Part shown: positions 13,431 to 27,591 of the stretch, in pieces | Layout: every line of letters starts with the position of its first letter | Numbering within the stretch: the first letter of the stretch is position 1 | Source: the human T2T-CHM13v2.0 reference genome, Homo sapiens | Length of the DNA stretch: 64,000 bases | Reading direction: 5' to 3' (one strand) | Assembly: GCF_009914755.1 (NCBI RefSeq) | Contig: NC_060930.1 | The notes under the pieces: model-generated | What the model was told of the DNA's origin: nothing | Databases searched by the model: none | What the model saw: the letters and a program-made list of their open reading frames with translations, nothing else | Program-made: the position numbers and the translations under genes

Positions 13431-14464
13431 AGAGTATTCTGCATAGTATTCTTTGACACTGTATTTAAAAATCTATATAGCTTGGTGTTGATGGTAGAAT
13501 ACTTTCAATTTGTTTGTTAATCAAATAATACTTTCCAGATATTTCAGATGCCTTTAATATTTTGACACACAAAGGGAGAAATGTCTGATGGGGGACTTTG
13601 TACGTGATTTTCTTGGAGTGTAGAGACGATTAATTCAAAGATAAAGCATTGGGAAAAAGCTGGAAAATGGGAAAATTCTCCGATTTGGAAAAAGCTAAAG
13701 AAAATTAGAGAACATCATGACTTGTTCACTCTTTGTTCATTTTTTGTTCTTTATAAATTATTCTAGTAAGTTTATTAATCAATACATTGACTACTTGACT
13801 CCAAAATATTACGGAGTCTGTTGAAAGTCATTCTGCAACTCAGGGAAATTATGTAACTGCCCTCAAGGTTACTAGTTCTTAGACTTCTATCATAGATAGC
13901 AAGAGAAATCTAGGAAATCATTCACAAATCACATATCACATCCAGATGGCTTGAAATTTTGTAGCTCTAGTAATAATAGATTTAATTAGTAATAATAGAT
14001 TTAATAATAGACAGTGACTATAAACAAGACAAGAGCCATCATAGGTTTTTTTAAATGAATCCACAGTAAGTTGAGGAGTGAACCTTATTACAATATTGTA
14101 CTATGTTATTGTAACATTGATCTCTTTGTTACTAAGTTATTGAATCTTTGGAGTTTAAGAAATATGGCAGATTGAAAGTCACTGAACATTCCAGAAATTT
14201 GGAAGTCTCAAGACCTCCTCAAGGATGTGATTCTGTACCAGGGACAATTTTAATATCAGCTTTAGAACTTCTGGTCCAGACCCCAGCTGGCTTAATAGCT
14301 GATGTACACCAGAGAACATGTATTTTGCAAGTAACTGGTTCCCTTGAGTGTGGCAGTAACTACTCGGTGTTTCCTGTTGCCTACATAATTGAGTTCATCC
14401 TTTTTATCCTGCTATTTAATGTACTTTGATATGGTGTAACAAAAATACCCTTCCAATCCCCCAA

Positions 14465-14585
14465 AGAAAGAAAATGACATGAAGGAAAAAGAAAAAAGGA
14501 ATAAAATAGAGAAGTAAAGAAAAGAAGGAAAAAGGTAGGAGAGAGGAAGAAATGGTAGGGGAAGAAACTGAGGGAGTAGAGTAAG
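14465..14585. repeat. GA-rich low-complexity tract
   Basis: Directly visible purine run. Confidence 0.8.
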
Positions 14586-14898
14586 AGATTTATTTTTTGT
14601 GTGTGTTTAGCTCTGGCAGTTATTACTGGTGTGATATTTGGTGAAACATTAAATATCCCTGGGCTTCAGTTTCCTCAGAGTAAAACTGGAGGATTCTATT
14701 TGATAAACTTTAACATAGCTTTCAGGTCTTTTGATTTTGATCCCATGACAATGTTTGAATCTCCTTTCCCGCTCTATTTTTTCATGTGTTCTATACTTCA
14801 GCCAGATCCCTTTACTTAACAGTCTCTAAATCATTCTTCGTCCTGTTTAGATTAATCGTTGCACAGTCTTCTCAAACTCCTTATCCTGCGGAAATTCT

Positions 14899-15018
14899 AC
14901 TTAATCTTTATGTTTGAGCTCAGTCGTCATTCCATAGCCTCCTTGATTTCTGATGTGGACTTAATCTTTATGTTTGAGCTCAATTGTCATTCCGTAGCCT
15001 CCTTGATTTCTGATGTGG
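14899..15018. repeat. 60-bp tandem duplication (2 copies, 3 mismatches)
   Basis: acttaatctttatgtttgagctca...tgatgtgg at 14899-14958 and 14959-15018. Confidence 0.95.
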
Positions 15019-16056
15019 AAATTAGTTTCTCTTCCCTAGGAGATGCTATATAGTACTCCTTGCTTTATATCTCTCTTATAGCTCTTAACATTCTATTATC
15101 AATTATTATTTGTATTTAATATCTTTGAAGACAGGGGCCGTATGGTTATCATTCTTATGCCTTTCATAGCTACTAGCAGTCATTTATTATATTAGGCAGT
15201 CAATAAATTGGTTGAATAAAACTAGACTAATTATGTGGAATTTATTTTGAGATATTTGTTTCTGTTGTCTTATGGAAAATTAACCATACAAAAGCCACCA
15301 TTCATGAAGACAGCATGGAATGGTAGAAAAAAAGTAAAAGGTAAAATCTGGATTTGCACCCCATTTTTAAATTTAATTATTTTGTGAACCTGAACAAATT
15401 ACTAACTTTTCTGAGAGCCCATTATTTATCTCTGAGGGGGGGTGCCAAATACCTCCCACTTTTGTTTTTTAAGAAAGGTGAAATAATATATTTAATGTGA
15501 CTGGCCAGAAGATGTGCCTGCCAAAGTCAGTTTCCTTTTCATCACTCTTTTAGTGAAAGTTAGAGACTTTATTTTGTGCTACTTATTTTATATTATTTCA
15601 CTTTCCTATGGAGACACTTTGGATATCCAACGTTAAGGTATATTCACACCTATTCGAGGGTAAAACAGTATTCACTAGTACTAAAACTAATAGCCAATAC
15701 TTTCTCCCAATAAATGGCTTTCTTTTCATTATGGCTTTAAATATTTGTATTAACTTAAAATCATGCTATGTATATATTTAATACCTTTCTATTAATCAAT
15801 TCACAAAACATGGAGGACATGTTTCTTATGAAAGTGACACAAAGGCTAAAATAGTATTTTCAATAACATACATAGAAGCAGAGCATATGGGTATCTAAGA
15901 GAAGCATACGGATCTCCATATGTTAAACACTTTCTTCAAGAAACATGGCTATAGTATTGATAATCAGCATAGCATGGTTCCTTGATTTAATTAAAGATTA
16001 GAGTCCTTTATGTAGCAATAGTAAAAACCCTAATAACACTTTAAGAATAACTTACC

Positions 16057-16242
16057 CAGTGGTTCTCAAGCTTGGCTGCATATGAAAATCATGGGGGAAC
16101 TTTAAAAGATAATAATGCCTGAGGTTTCACCCAAATACATCGCTGTTTAATTGCTCTGTGCTTGCAGTGTATGAAATTTTTGTGTTTTTTTTTTCATTTT
16201 TTAAAAAGTTCTCCAGCATGTAGCCAGGCTTGAGAAATATTG
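16057..16242. mobile_element. MER5-type hAT MITE
   Basis: TIRs cagtggttctcaa / ttgagaaatattg; internal ggctgcatatgaaaatca. Confidence 0.8.
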
Positions 16243-19200
16243 CTCTCAAAATACCAAATAAGGCACTGCTTTCAAGTTCCTCCAGAACTGCTTGACACTA
16301 TGACATTTTATTTTCCTAAAAAGGTGGCAATGATACATACAAAGATATGTTTGCTCAATGCTTAAGTCAGTCTTAGGCATCAAAAATTGAAGTGCCTTCA
16401 AGCAAAAACTAAATAATGCAAAGTCTGTTTTTATTGGAGAGCAAGTTAGGGGGATTCTATCTCAATGTGTTTATTGCTTTCTTGTGTTTTAAAAAAACCC
16501 CAACAACGACAGTATTACATTTCTAAAGTACACCAAAATGGGTTAAGGGAGTAGTGAAGCATTGAGAATACTATCTGAATGTTGTCCATAGAAATATTCC
16601 ACCATTTAATAGTCTCAGTCTCTACAAGTAATCAAAATTCAAACCATGTGATTAATGGCAATACAATAAAATGGCAGTTTTATTTTTTCAGTAACTTTGC
16701 ATCTTTCAGTTACTATAAAAATGCAGTTTTCTGTAGCATGATAGTTCTAAAAAAAATCCTTTCTTCTAAGGATATTGCTTGTGAAAATGATGTACTGACT
16801 CTCTACATATTAAAGTTTTCAAAATGGAATTCCCTCCCTACATTTCAGTGATCTCCAATAGATAATGTTATTATTCAACTGTATCCTGCTATTAAGATCA
16901 GAATAAGAAATAGCAGCTTCAGATTTCCCATCCTTTTTTTTTGTTTCTGTTCCGTTCCCAGTAGTTTCTTTTTTTCATTCATCTTCAGATTTATCCATCC
17001 CTGGCAATTTCAAGCTAGAGGAAACAAATTAAGAAAAAAATTAATTGACTTTATTTGCTTTAATGCTGCCAGCCTATATTATCTGCTTTCTTAAATGAGT
17101 TTGGAATTGCCAGCTTTGAGGGTATTACACTACATTTTGGGTTGCTGCCAGCATATCCTGAACAAATATATTTATATCAAAGCTAAGCTGCTTAAATATT
17201 CATGTTATGCTCTTATTACGGTTTAGAGAAATGTGAAACCATTTAAGATTTGCAGACGTGTTACATGGCCAAAAAATGTGCTTGAACTGTCAGAAATATA
17301 CTTTAAATTGATAGCGCTAACCTAGTTTAATAAGGAAAAGTTTCCACCGTCTTATTAGTAGTGATACATTTAAATTCTTAACTTTTTTGTGATTTTTCAG
17401 TCACTAGGGCAATATGAATGTAACCTTTTCTTGAAATGTCAATTGGAAATGACCCCAGGATGTAACGTTATGAAGTATGTAGACTATCAGATTTCATGTG
17501 CTTTATGTCTGTACCGTGATTTTGTAAGCACCCTTTTATCACATATACAATATATTTTGTTATATTATTTTTAACGCCTACTTCATTGGCATGTTTCTTC
17601 AAAATGTAGAATTGCTAAATTCTATATAAAACATGCTCTTAATTTCCAGTGACAGACTTTGAGGATTCCCAATTGTTTGAACAAAGCATAAGATATAAAA
17701 AAGGGAATAACCCAGAAAAGCCCAACACCAATAACCGTTACACGAAACAAAGGAAGTAAAGAAGGAGAAGCTGAATTCACACCCTTTGAAGAAGGGGGAC
17801 AATTGAGTTATTCCTACCGTAGACTGAAGGAAGAAGGCCGATTTTCCTGTTGCCTCCTCTCTTTCCTGTTTTCTTTTTCTTCCTCCTTAGTTTTCTTTGA
17901 TTGGTATCATCATCAACTGACCATTTGGAGCATCTGATTTTGTATAAAACAAGTTTGTTCTTTTTACTTTCCGTCAAGACAAATAAACTATTCAGAATGT
18001 TTAAATTCCAGAATTCCAAAAGCTCTTTGTTTATAATCATAGATTCTAGTGATACTAGAATGATCTATGATTTATGGCATGGAGCATTTTCAAAGCAGTC
18101 TGAGCAATTCAATATAAATTTATGAGATACCAGTGAGAATTGCCACTGTTTCACTCCTGCCCCTCCCATGAGTATAGACAAACATGCTAGACCTTCCCGT
18201 CAGGGGAAGAACCCATTAAGCCAGTTCAGCGGTCTCAAGTCACAGGTGCTGTTTTATGCCCTTCAGTTAAATGCTCAGATTTCAACATAGGAGATTAACT
18301 GGTTATAGCAATAGGTCCAGCCATGAGACTGCTTGTCCTATACTGAGATTTTTTTTATTTCTAAAACTAAACCTTTGGTCAGTCCAAACCATTAGCTTTT
18401 ACTGAATTCTGCTCTATATGTTGTAGTGTTTGAGAAAAGTTCCAATAGCTTTCTCTGTGGGAAACCATAAAGTTGTTTTTTGCTTCAGTGAGGCATAAAT
18501 CTTACTGGGGAGAGCCTGCGAGGATTACATGAGCATTGGTTTCAGTGCTCTGCTAAGAGAAGGAACTTAAGCTTATTGGTATAAGCCTGGTAGATTTTCA
18601 AGATTTTCAGACATTTTCCATGAACATTTACAAAATTCACATACCCAAGTATTCACAAATTTTGTATGCAGCAATGTATTACCTTTAACAGTGTTGTTTC
18701 TTTAATGTTTTAAAAAACATAATCCTGAATTTTACCAGCAGTTTGAAATAATTTTTAAGACTCAATAATTTATAAAATCTTCTACATTTTACCTACTGGA
18801 TTTGGTTATAACAGGACGAAAACTATTATTTTGGGGAGTCTGTATGTATAAGGGTAGTGGGTCATGGGGATTAGTGGGCATGGCAGGCTGAGGCAGGGAA
18901 AGGAAACTGACTTTCTGGCTAAGTGGACTAATTTGTTTTTGCTACAGCATTTTGTGCATATAAAAGAGAAGAAATTAAAAGTGGGTAATGTGTTTTGAAA
19001 TGTTGGTTCTATTTTTTTCTTATGAGTTTAGCAATATGTTGTATATTGAGTCTCCTCTCTCCAAGCAAAATGCCATAATTCAAAACAATGCTTCTTAAGT
19101 GACTAGAGTGGGAAGAGGGAAAAATTCTTCTAAGGATATTGGGGTTGGGAGTGGGATGATAACCTTTTTAAACTTATTTTCTAGTTTCCTCAATTCTTTG

Positions 19201-22200
19201 CTGAATTGTTCCTATCACCCTGCTTCTAGAATGCCATGGAGCAGGCTACATTATTAATAGTGTTATAGGAGCCATGCCTTAAAATCATTAGACCTAGGTT
19301 AGAAATATACTTCCCAAGTTAATTTAAAAAAAAAAGTGACTATTTCGGGGAGTCCTTATAAATTGAGTGTCCAGTAATTTTTCTGTATTTTTATTTAGTG
19401 GTACATTTACTTGGGTAATATAGGTAGATAACGGTTTGATTTGGGAAGCATCATATGAACATGACATAAAACCAGATTAATGTTGAGTCTCTATTTAAAT
19501 ATGTTACAGATTTAGTAATCAGGTTTAGTAGGAGAGAAAATAACGGTATTTATGACTCAATGAGATAACTTGTTTTATGGCTGAATGGGATCTGATTGTA
19601 CTATAGTATCTCCGATGGTAGATGTCATCAGAACCAGAATTACATTTCCATAAGCACAAGTTCTGCTTATTATATAATTGAATTAAACAGCTAGTAGTTT
19701 TTCCAGAATTGAGAGGTAAAAACTCAAAAAGCTAACATGGCATGTTTGATTCATGAACTTGATCTGGAACACAAAAAGCTTCTAATAATGGGCAGGTCTT
19801 GGGGGTCCTGGTTACCTTTAAGTTGTTGGACATTAGCAGGAATTGGGACAGATTTTTTTTTTTTTTAAAAAAAAGAGAAGGATGCTGAAAGGCATATGTG
19901 CATGTAAGAAAACTCTAATGGAAAACTTCACTAACATTATAATTTTGGTGACATATGGCCTTGAAATAATAAGAAAAAATATTATGAAGTCCTAGGACCC
20001 AGAAATTAGGTCTGAAATGCTTAAGTGAAATGCAGAATTAGGTACTCACACATTTTCAATTTGAGGAGGAATATTTTCCTTGGGATGATTTACATTCAAT
20101 GTTGCTTGGCTGAATATTGTTTATCTAGGAAGCTACTTGGAGGTAGGGAGTGAGGAGAGGAGGGCCATGGTGTCCACTAGTGAGAGTTGTCCTGAAAATC
20201 AAATTCTGAAAAGGAGAGTAGTAATTTAGTAAAACAACCAGTAATTATCTGAAATAAACATTTTCTATATCCATTGTACCTACAAAATAATACATGGCAC
20301 GTAAGTAAATGCTCAAAAAGTTTTGTTGAAAGAATTAAAATAACATTATTCAACTGAACTTCAAATGTGTATTTGGTATATGTGCAGGTATGCTTTTGTG
20401 TGTGAATACAAGCTTAATTTGGAAAAAAAAAACCATAGAGTTTAAAAAAGAATGTAAGCTATGTTCTTTAGTTCCTATTTTATACATCTTGGATTATTGC
20501 ATTAAGACTTTTCATTTGTAGCTGTGTGCATTTTTATCTAAATATTAAGAGTTTTAAATATTTTCAGACTTATTTTAGTTAGGCAAGAAAAAGTATGATT
20601 TTCCTAGATAGAGTCATATCAAGACAAGCAATACTAGAGGACAAATCTAGAGTACAGATAATTATTTCTGGATTCTTTGGGAGGCTGCCTAAACAGAGTG
20701 AAGTTAGTTGCTCAACTTAAGTATGCCATAGCAAAAAGTCTTATTTTGTTTAGTTGAATCATTGGATTGATTCCTAAACAATTCTAAAAGGAACACCATG
20801 GCCTTTTGCATATATGCTTATGCTTAGGCAAAGCTATGACTATAAGTAAAAATGACATGCTTGTTAAGCTGCAGATATGTAACTGTCAGTAATCAAGCCA
20901 TTGCATAGGAATTTATGAACAAATTCAGTGTGTCTGTTTTTCCCTGTGTACATAATTTTAATATCAACATCAATATTATAAACTAGGTAATTGTAAGAGG
21001 GTATGGTAAACTTGGTGAGGAATAAGCATATGTTGATAAATTTGCACCTCTCTTGAGGTCACTTATTGATTACAAAGCTTGTTATCTTTCATGTGCATTT
21101 AGTGGTGTAATTGCTTTTGAAAATTATGACAGGATGATACCAAATGCAAATTAATAGTATGGCACTTGACATACCTGAGATTTCAGCAATTTTTTTTCAC
21201 ATCCGTATGTAATCTTTATTGGCCAAGATAGTCTATCCACATTTTGTTCTGATGGAATATTTAATTTTTTTCATGGCTAAACCTGCTTTAATTATCATTT
21301 TGACTTTTTCACTTCTAAAAATAAATGTTCATTTTTGCTCTCTAAATATAATCTATAGCCTATTGAAATTATACTTATTTGCTAAAAGCTGTAGTGGGTC
21401 CTTTCATCTTCTTTTATTGAATTTAGGATTTTAACTACATTAAAATTTACAGTTTTGGTGCTTCACAGTTTACTTCTTTGAATTTTCTTTCAAACAAGGT
21501 TGACCTGGAATTAGAAATTACAAGTAGCCATGCTTGATTAAACAGTCACTCCCTAGATGCCACAGAATCCTGTGGCTACTACTCTGAAAGCAAAGGTAAG
21601 GATCATTCAATGTGTCAGGAAAATATTTTACAGTAGATTTAAAACCATTAAATCTTTCCATAATAATTTTATTTAAAATGATAAAATATTATATTTAGAC
21701 TTGGAAAGTAAATTACTTTAAAAAGCAGAAAGCAAAAGCACTTAAGCCATCATTTTTAAAGACTTGTTGAAAAATAAGTATTCTCATGAAAACACACTGT
21801 GCATATTTGAAAAATATTATGAGATAGATTTGTGTTCTGTAAGTAGTAGTTTATTATTGCTATGATGCTGGATTAAAATATTTTTGTTGCATATTATATA
21901 TATTTTTTCCTTCTGAGAAGGGATCTTTTTTTTTTAAAGGACATTTCCAGAAAAATCCTCACATTAAAAAAGTATTATCCATATTATTATTTTAAGAATT
22001 TTATGCAACTGACTTATTTCATCACAATATGTTTGTGAAAAGCCATGAACCAATCTCTTTTTGACCAGTTTGTTAGATATTTCTTTGATGGGAATACACA
22101 TTCTTTTAATTTAGTGCTCCAAATATTTTTCAAATTTTGGTATACAGAAATTAATCAGATTCCCATGGCCTGCTTAGATAAACTGAAGGAGTCTGGCTGC

Positions 22201-23511
22201 TGGCCCAGGGCTGGGGCTGTCCCAGCCTCCTGCAGTGCAGCCTCCAATGGTGCACTGATTGAGAGGCTTTGATGTAACTGACATTCACTGACTCAGTCTG
22301 TGTTCTAGGCACTGCAGATACAAAACTCCATCTGGGGTCAGGATCTTTTCCATATTATCTGCCTGGCACAAAAGAGTGCTGGCAAACCCAGTCCACCTCT
22401 GCTAGACAATCGTATCTGGTACTAGGACGGCAGCCTCTTCAGCAAGAAGGGGGTACATTGGCCAATTCCTATGAATTGGGCTCCTCGTGAAGAACTCATT
22501 TATCCACATGGAGTAGGTATTACCATGTCAAATTTTTCTCAAAACATAGGACCTCTCATTTCATGAGGCCAAAGATTTCTTGATTTTAAACTGACTTTTA
22601 ATCCATGAGAATATGGCTTGTATTAATTTAAAAAGTAAAAGTGTTCAAACTGTGATTGAATCTTTTTTGTGATTATGACCGCAAATTTCTGTGACTTCAA
22701 TATTTTCAGAAACCACAAAAATTTGATGCATCCAAATTTTTGTTTTGAAAAAAGTTGGAGTAATAATGGGGGAAAAATTCTCTGCTGCTTTCTGCTTCTG
22801 TGTTATTCAGGCGCTAAAGCTAAGGTCCCCAGAACACCATTTTTTTTTTTAATGTGGTTTTCTTGACCAGAAGCAGAAAGTGTCAGCTCACATGTAATGA
22901 AAACTATCCATGCATGATTTCTAGCCTAATTTGGCAGATTCCAAAGGTCCTTTGAAAGGCAGCTGACATTTCTGATGATTACCTAAATTGAATTGAACCT
23001 TTGAATGTTGTCATTTTAAAACATGTTAGACTCAGTCCAAAGACAAAAAAGAGTAATAGCCATATATTACAATTTCTGATGTGAAGAAACCATTTAGTCT
23101 TCCATTTATAAGGCACAAATATATTTGCCATGCATCTTAAGGAAATCCATCATAATATACTCTTACTGAGATTGCTTTCCCAGTCTTTGTTAGCATATTC
23201 ACAGTATAGTTCTAGTCATAGACAGAAGCTACGCATTTTTTTAGAAGGTACAGCTTACTTGGAAATGGTAGTGGTGATTCTTCCTAGAGGTTGACCTTAA
23301 CTATGCAAACAAACTAACAAATAAATGAACAAAGAAAAAAAACCCTCAACTTTATAGGAAGTTCTAGGTTAACATTTTTTCAACAATATTGGACCATTCA
23401 TGGTGGCTAACGAATGAGTACCGAAATATAAAGGCTCACTCTAGAGTGTCCTCATGCATACCTCATTTTATTGTACTCTGCTCTGGACCATAGAAATTAC
23501 ACATCTCTTGC

Positions 23512-23787
23512 TTTTTTTTTTTTTAGACAGAGTTCGACTCTTGTTGCCCAGGCTGGAGTGCAATGGCACTCTGCCTCCCGGGTTCAAGCGATTCTCCTGC
23601 CTCAGCTTCTCAAGTAGCTGGGATTACAGGCGCCCACCACCACGCCCAGCTAATTTTTTGTATTTGCAGTAGAGACAGGGTTTCACCACTTTGGTCAGGC
23701 TGGTCTCGAACTTCCAATCTTAGGTGGTCTGCCCACCTCGGCCTCTCGATGTGCTGGGATTATAGGCATGAGCCACCGTGCCCGGCC
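23512..23787 (-). mobile_element. AluS (Sq/Sp-like) with ~20-bp internal deletion and TSD
   Basis: Alu body; TSD cacatct[c/g]ttgct at 23500-23512 and 23789-23801. Confidence 0.95.
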
Positions 23788-24896
23788 GCACATCTGTTGC
23801 TCTTATCCACAACTTCCAAATTCTGCCTCTGCTTCTCCTGTTACTCCCTTTTTTCTCTCCCCAGTGTCTAGTTGTGCCACGACAGTGTCAAAGCCACAGT
23901 TGAGTATCACCTCCCTTGTGAAACCTTTTCTGGCTTTTCCCCAGCTTTTCACTCCTCAAATCTCTCAAGCAGTGTGTCATTGTATTTTCTCTGGGGCCAT
24001 TTAGGTCTGTTTACACAAGGACAAATGTTCAAAGGAGAAAAAGTATCCCTCTAGAGTAACTTTTATAAATCTAAGAGTCAGTGTACCACATTCTGATAAA
24101 ATTATGTAGATACTAGGTGTTATTTCTGAATTGGGAAGTTTGTTTCTTCTTAAATAGATGAGTAGACCTTAAAATAAACTTGTATTGGTAATGTAACACA
24201 AGTTGAAAATCTAATTTGTGGCAACATGCATTCTTATCATTAACAGGAACTGTTGCAAATTGGCTAGAATAGTCCTTTGCAGTTTGGATTACTTTTCTAT
24301 TATAGTAAGAGTGATACAGCACATTAACACTTTGGCTTATTTTGAATAGATAGATATTTGCAACCTCATCCTGGAGAAATTTGCATTCAATCTTTGAACA
24401 GTAGGGGGTTATCTCCATATAGAGAATCTTCAATTTTCACTATGCATTTCCTTAATTTTCTCTGGAAGGACACCTGCAAGAATTAAACATGGGCTCTCTA
24501 ACATCAAATTTTGTGTCCTTAGAAGCCTGAGGGAAAGCAGAGGACATTCACAATCAGTCATTTTTTTTCTTTGATGAAAAGTCATCTGTCTTTTAAATTT
24601 TGGTTTAATAACAAATTGACTCCTTATAATGAAATTTATGTAGGTGGTCATTTTGTGATGAAAGTTAGAGGTAAAATATAAGTATTTTAACAGCATACTT
24701 TTAGTATCAATGTGTCTGTTATTATCGTAGACATCACCAATTAGAAAGGAAGATAACAGGATGATACACTGTGGAGATAAAGTGATAATTCTTTTAATAT
24801 TCTTTAATTAAAACAGAAGAGTCAACTAATTTCCTAGTTGCTAAATACTGGAGATGAAACCATGTGGACATTTACAAATGTTGCTTCTGGGTGCAC

Positions 24897-25462
24897 ATGT
24901 TAGTTTTCTTTTGCTGATATAACAATTACTGCAACTTAATGGTTTAAAACAACACAAATTTATCTTGCTGTTCTGTAGGTCAGAAGTTGGGTACAGGTCT
25001 CACAGGGGTAAAATTAAGGTATAATCAGGACTGCATTCCTTTGAGAGACTCTTGGGGAGATAATGTTTTCTGCTTATTCTAGTTGTTAGTGGCATTCTGT
25101 TCATCGTGGTTGTAGTATTGATATCCTAGTTACTTGTTGTTTGCAGCTAAAGGTTGTTCCAAGGTTCTAGATGCCACCACATTCCTTACCTTATGGCCCA
25201 CTTCCTCTATCTTCAAAACCAATAGTGGCCAGTCTAGTTCTCGCATTGCATTTCTCTGATTCAGCCAGGAAAAGTTCTTCACTCTTAAGGATTCATTTGA
25301 TTAGATGGAACTGTCCAGATAATCCATGATGGTTTCCACATTTTCAGGCTTAACTCTTGATCACATCTGCAATATTCCTTTTATTATGTAAGGTAACATA
25401 TTCACAGGTTCCAGGGATTAAGACGTGAACATATTTGGGAGGCCATTTTTCTGCCTACCCCA
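24897..25462 (-). mobile_element. MLT1 (D/E-like) ERVL-MaLR LTR
   Basis: ggtttaaaacaacacaaatttatc..ttctgtaggtcagaagt ... ggtaacatattcacaggttccagggattaagacgtg. Confidence 0.85.
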
Positions 25463-25704
25463 GGCTGAAAAAACTGAGTTTAACATAAGCTCTCCATTAC
25501 CAGCACTCATTAGGGATTTTCAGGAAAATATCAGTTGGGTTAAATTGGGATAAAGAAAAGAACTGAGAAAAACTTTGTTTTATACGTCCTAAAGCCCAAT
25601 TCTTGCCACTTCTAATAGTTATTCTACAAAACCAGCATGTTGGAGTGTTATATTCCCTGACATTCCTAGCTATTCTTAAGACATACGAAGCTGAGAATTG
25701 ATTC

Positions 25705-25930
25705 ACAAGGCTGCCTGGTTTTCAATCTCAGTTCTGATTTACCTAGTTTCGGATACTTTAATGTGATCTTGGGGAATTTATGTAACCTATCTGTGCTTAA
25801 TTTTGCTCAAGTGAAATAGAGACACTAATATACCTCTTTCAGGGTGTTAAATGTTAATATGTTAATGTGTTGTTTGGTTAGAATTATTAGGGCCTAACAC
25901 TGTATAAGAGTTATATATGATTATGGTAGA
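25705..25930 (+). mobile_element. MIR
   Basis: tgtgatcttggggaatttatgtaacctatctgtgcttaattttgctca core. Confidence 0.6.
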
Positions 25931-27591
25931 ACTATACATTGCTACTGACTGCGCCGGTGTCCCTCAATACATATTTTTCTGATATAGCAATGTGCTCCAT
26001 CTGAACATAGACCCAAGCAGTTTTTAAAAATTGATGACTGACCATGGGGAGTGTTATAAGAAATGGTTATTTTAAAGTTGACAGCATATTTTCTGTTTCT
26101 CAGGAGAAGGTTGAATTCACTTAATAGGGCAGAATGTCCCTTTGGTTTTGGAGAAAATGTCACTGAGCTTTTTCTTTCAGCAAAAATAGAGTCAAGATAC
26201 TACTCTAAAAAAGACCAGGAAGATCTTGGGGGACACAATTTCTCTGTTTTATAGTATAAAATGTTATTTTTCTTAAAAAAATTATAGGTACAAGGACATC
26301 TTAAAAATTAGATTTCCTATTAGTATCATTACACACACTGATCTGCTTTTATCTGTGCTCCTGGGAGTTAAAGTCAGGCCTGTGCCTGTGTTTGTAGCAA
26401 ATTTTTAGAGAATGTAGCCCAAGTAAACTGCGAATGAAGAAATGAGAGATGGTGTGCAGAAAAGCAGGGCTGCTGTCCAAGGGAACTGGTAACATTCAGC
26501 CCTGATTGCTCATCCCACATGAGATAAACAGATAAACATCCCACATGGAATCCTGAAACTGGGTCGAGGGTGGGGTTTAGTGAAAGGAGGGAATGGATTT
26601 AGATGACTGCTGAGTAGGTCTGCTAGGAAAGAATACTTCCATCAAATTGGAACATCTGAGTTATGCTGAGAAAAATCTTTCTTATGTAAGGAAGAGATAT
26701 AATGTTGAAGATTCTTGTGTTTAAAAAGCCTATATATATTTTTATTGATGCATTAAAACACCATAAATCAATGGTTAGCCATCTTAAAGATTTCAGACAC
26801 TTATCTTTTTGACAAATCATCTATCAAAGTGTTTTGCTTGAAATTTGAATTAAGTGGAGCAATATGACAAATTATTTTAAACAATATTCTGCTAACATTA
26901 TATAATAGCATAGAGACATTTTACAGGCAGTGTTTTAGAGACAGTATCCATAGTCTGCAAGACACACAAAAAGTATGAGTTAAAAAAAGAAACTGTAGTC
27001 TATACCTAAATATCTTTGAATAATATTTGTTTAGCACAATATTACTTAATAAATGCCTTATGATTGCAATGGTTGTTATTATTTCTTTAGAGAAATCTAT
27101 GGTGAAAAAAGTAATTTTGGTTTTCTAATCAAGAGAGTTATTGACTGTCTTGATGCTAGACATAATGGTTGGAATGAAAGGAACTGAAATAGGAAGAATA
27201 TAAATTGTATTTTTATTCCAATGTGTATTTTATTAACACATTGCTTGTCTTTACATCAAACTAGATAACTCAGTTGGATTGTGGCAACATACTGCCTGGT
27301 CTTTTGGGGAAGTTCTTAAAATCAATTTTAATAAAACGATTTAAAATGCCATAATTCTTTCTCAGTAAACCACTTTATGTACACCTGTTTCCTGGCAGAC
27401 ACCTCCAAGACGTTGCCTCTATCCAAGGATGACTCCAGGGCTCTAATATCTATCACACAGGTAGAATCAGATCATTGACACAAGGCAAAGAGACTCCAAC
27501 ATGCATGGAAAGTAGTATTTCCCAAGATCAATTTTGAGGAGCACTAGTGAACATCGTATTGGTAATTAAAAAAAAAAAAAATTTCACTTTG

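Noticed and set aside
13968-14011. Short tandem duplications (19 bp here; 23 bp at ~45282; ~28 bp at ~51330)
   Set aside because: Ordinary slippage duplications; not CRISPR-like, no spacers
23454-23871. ORFs with [22 protein letters not shown] peptides (also at 4700, 28167, 42239, 58351, 59017)
   Set aside because: Translations of antisense Alu sequence
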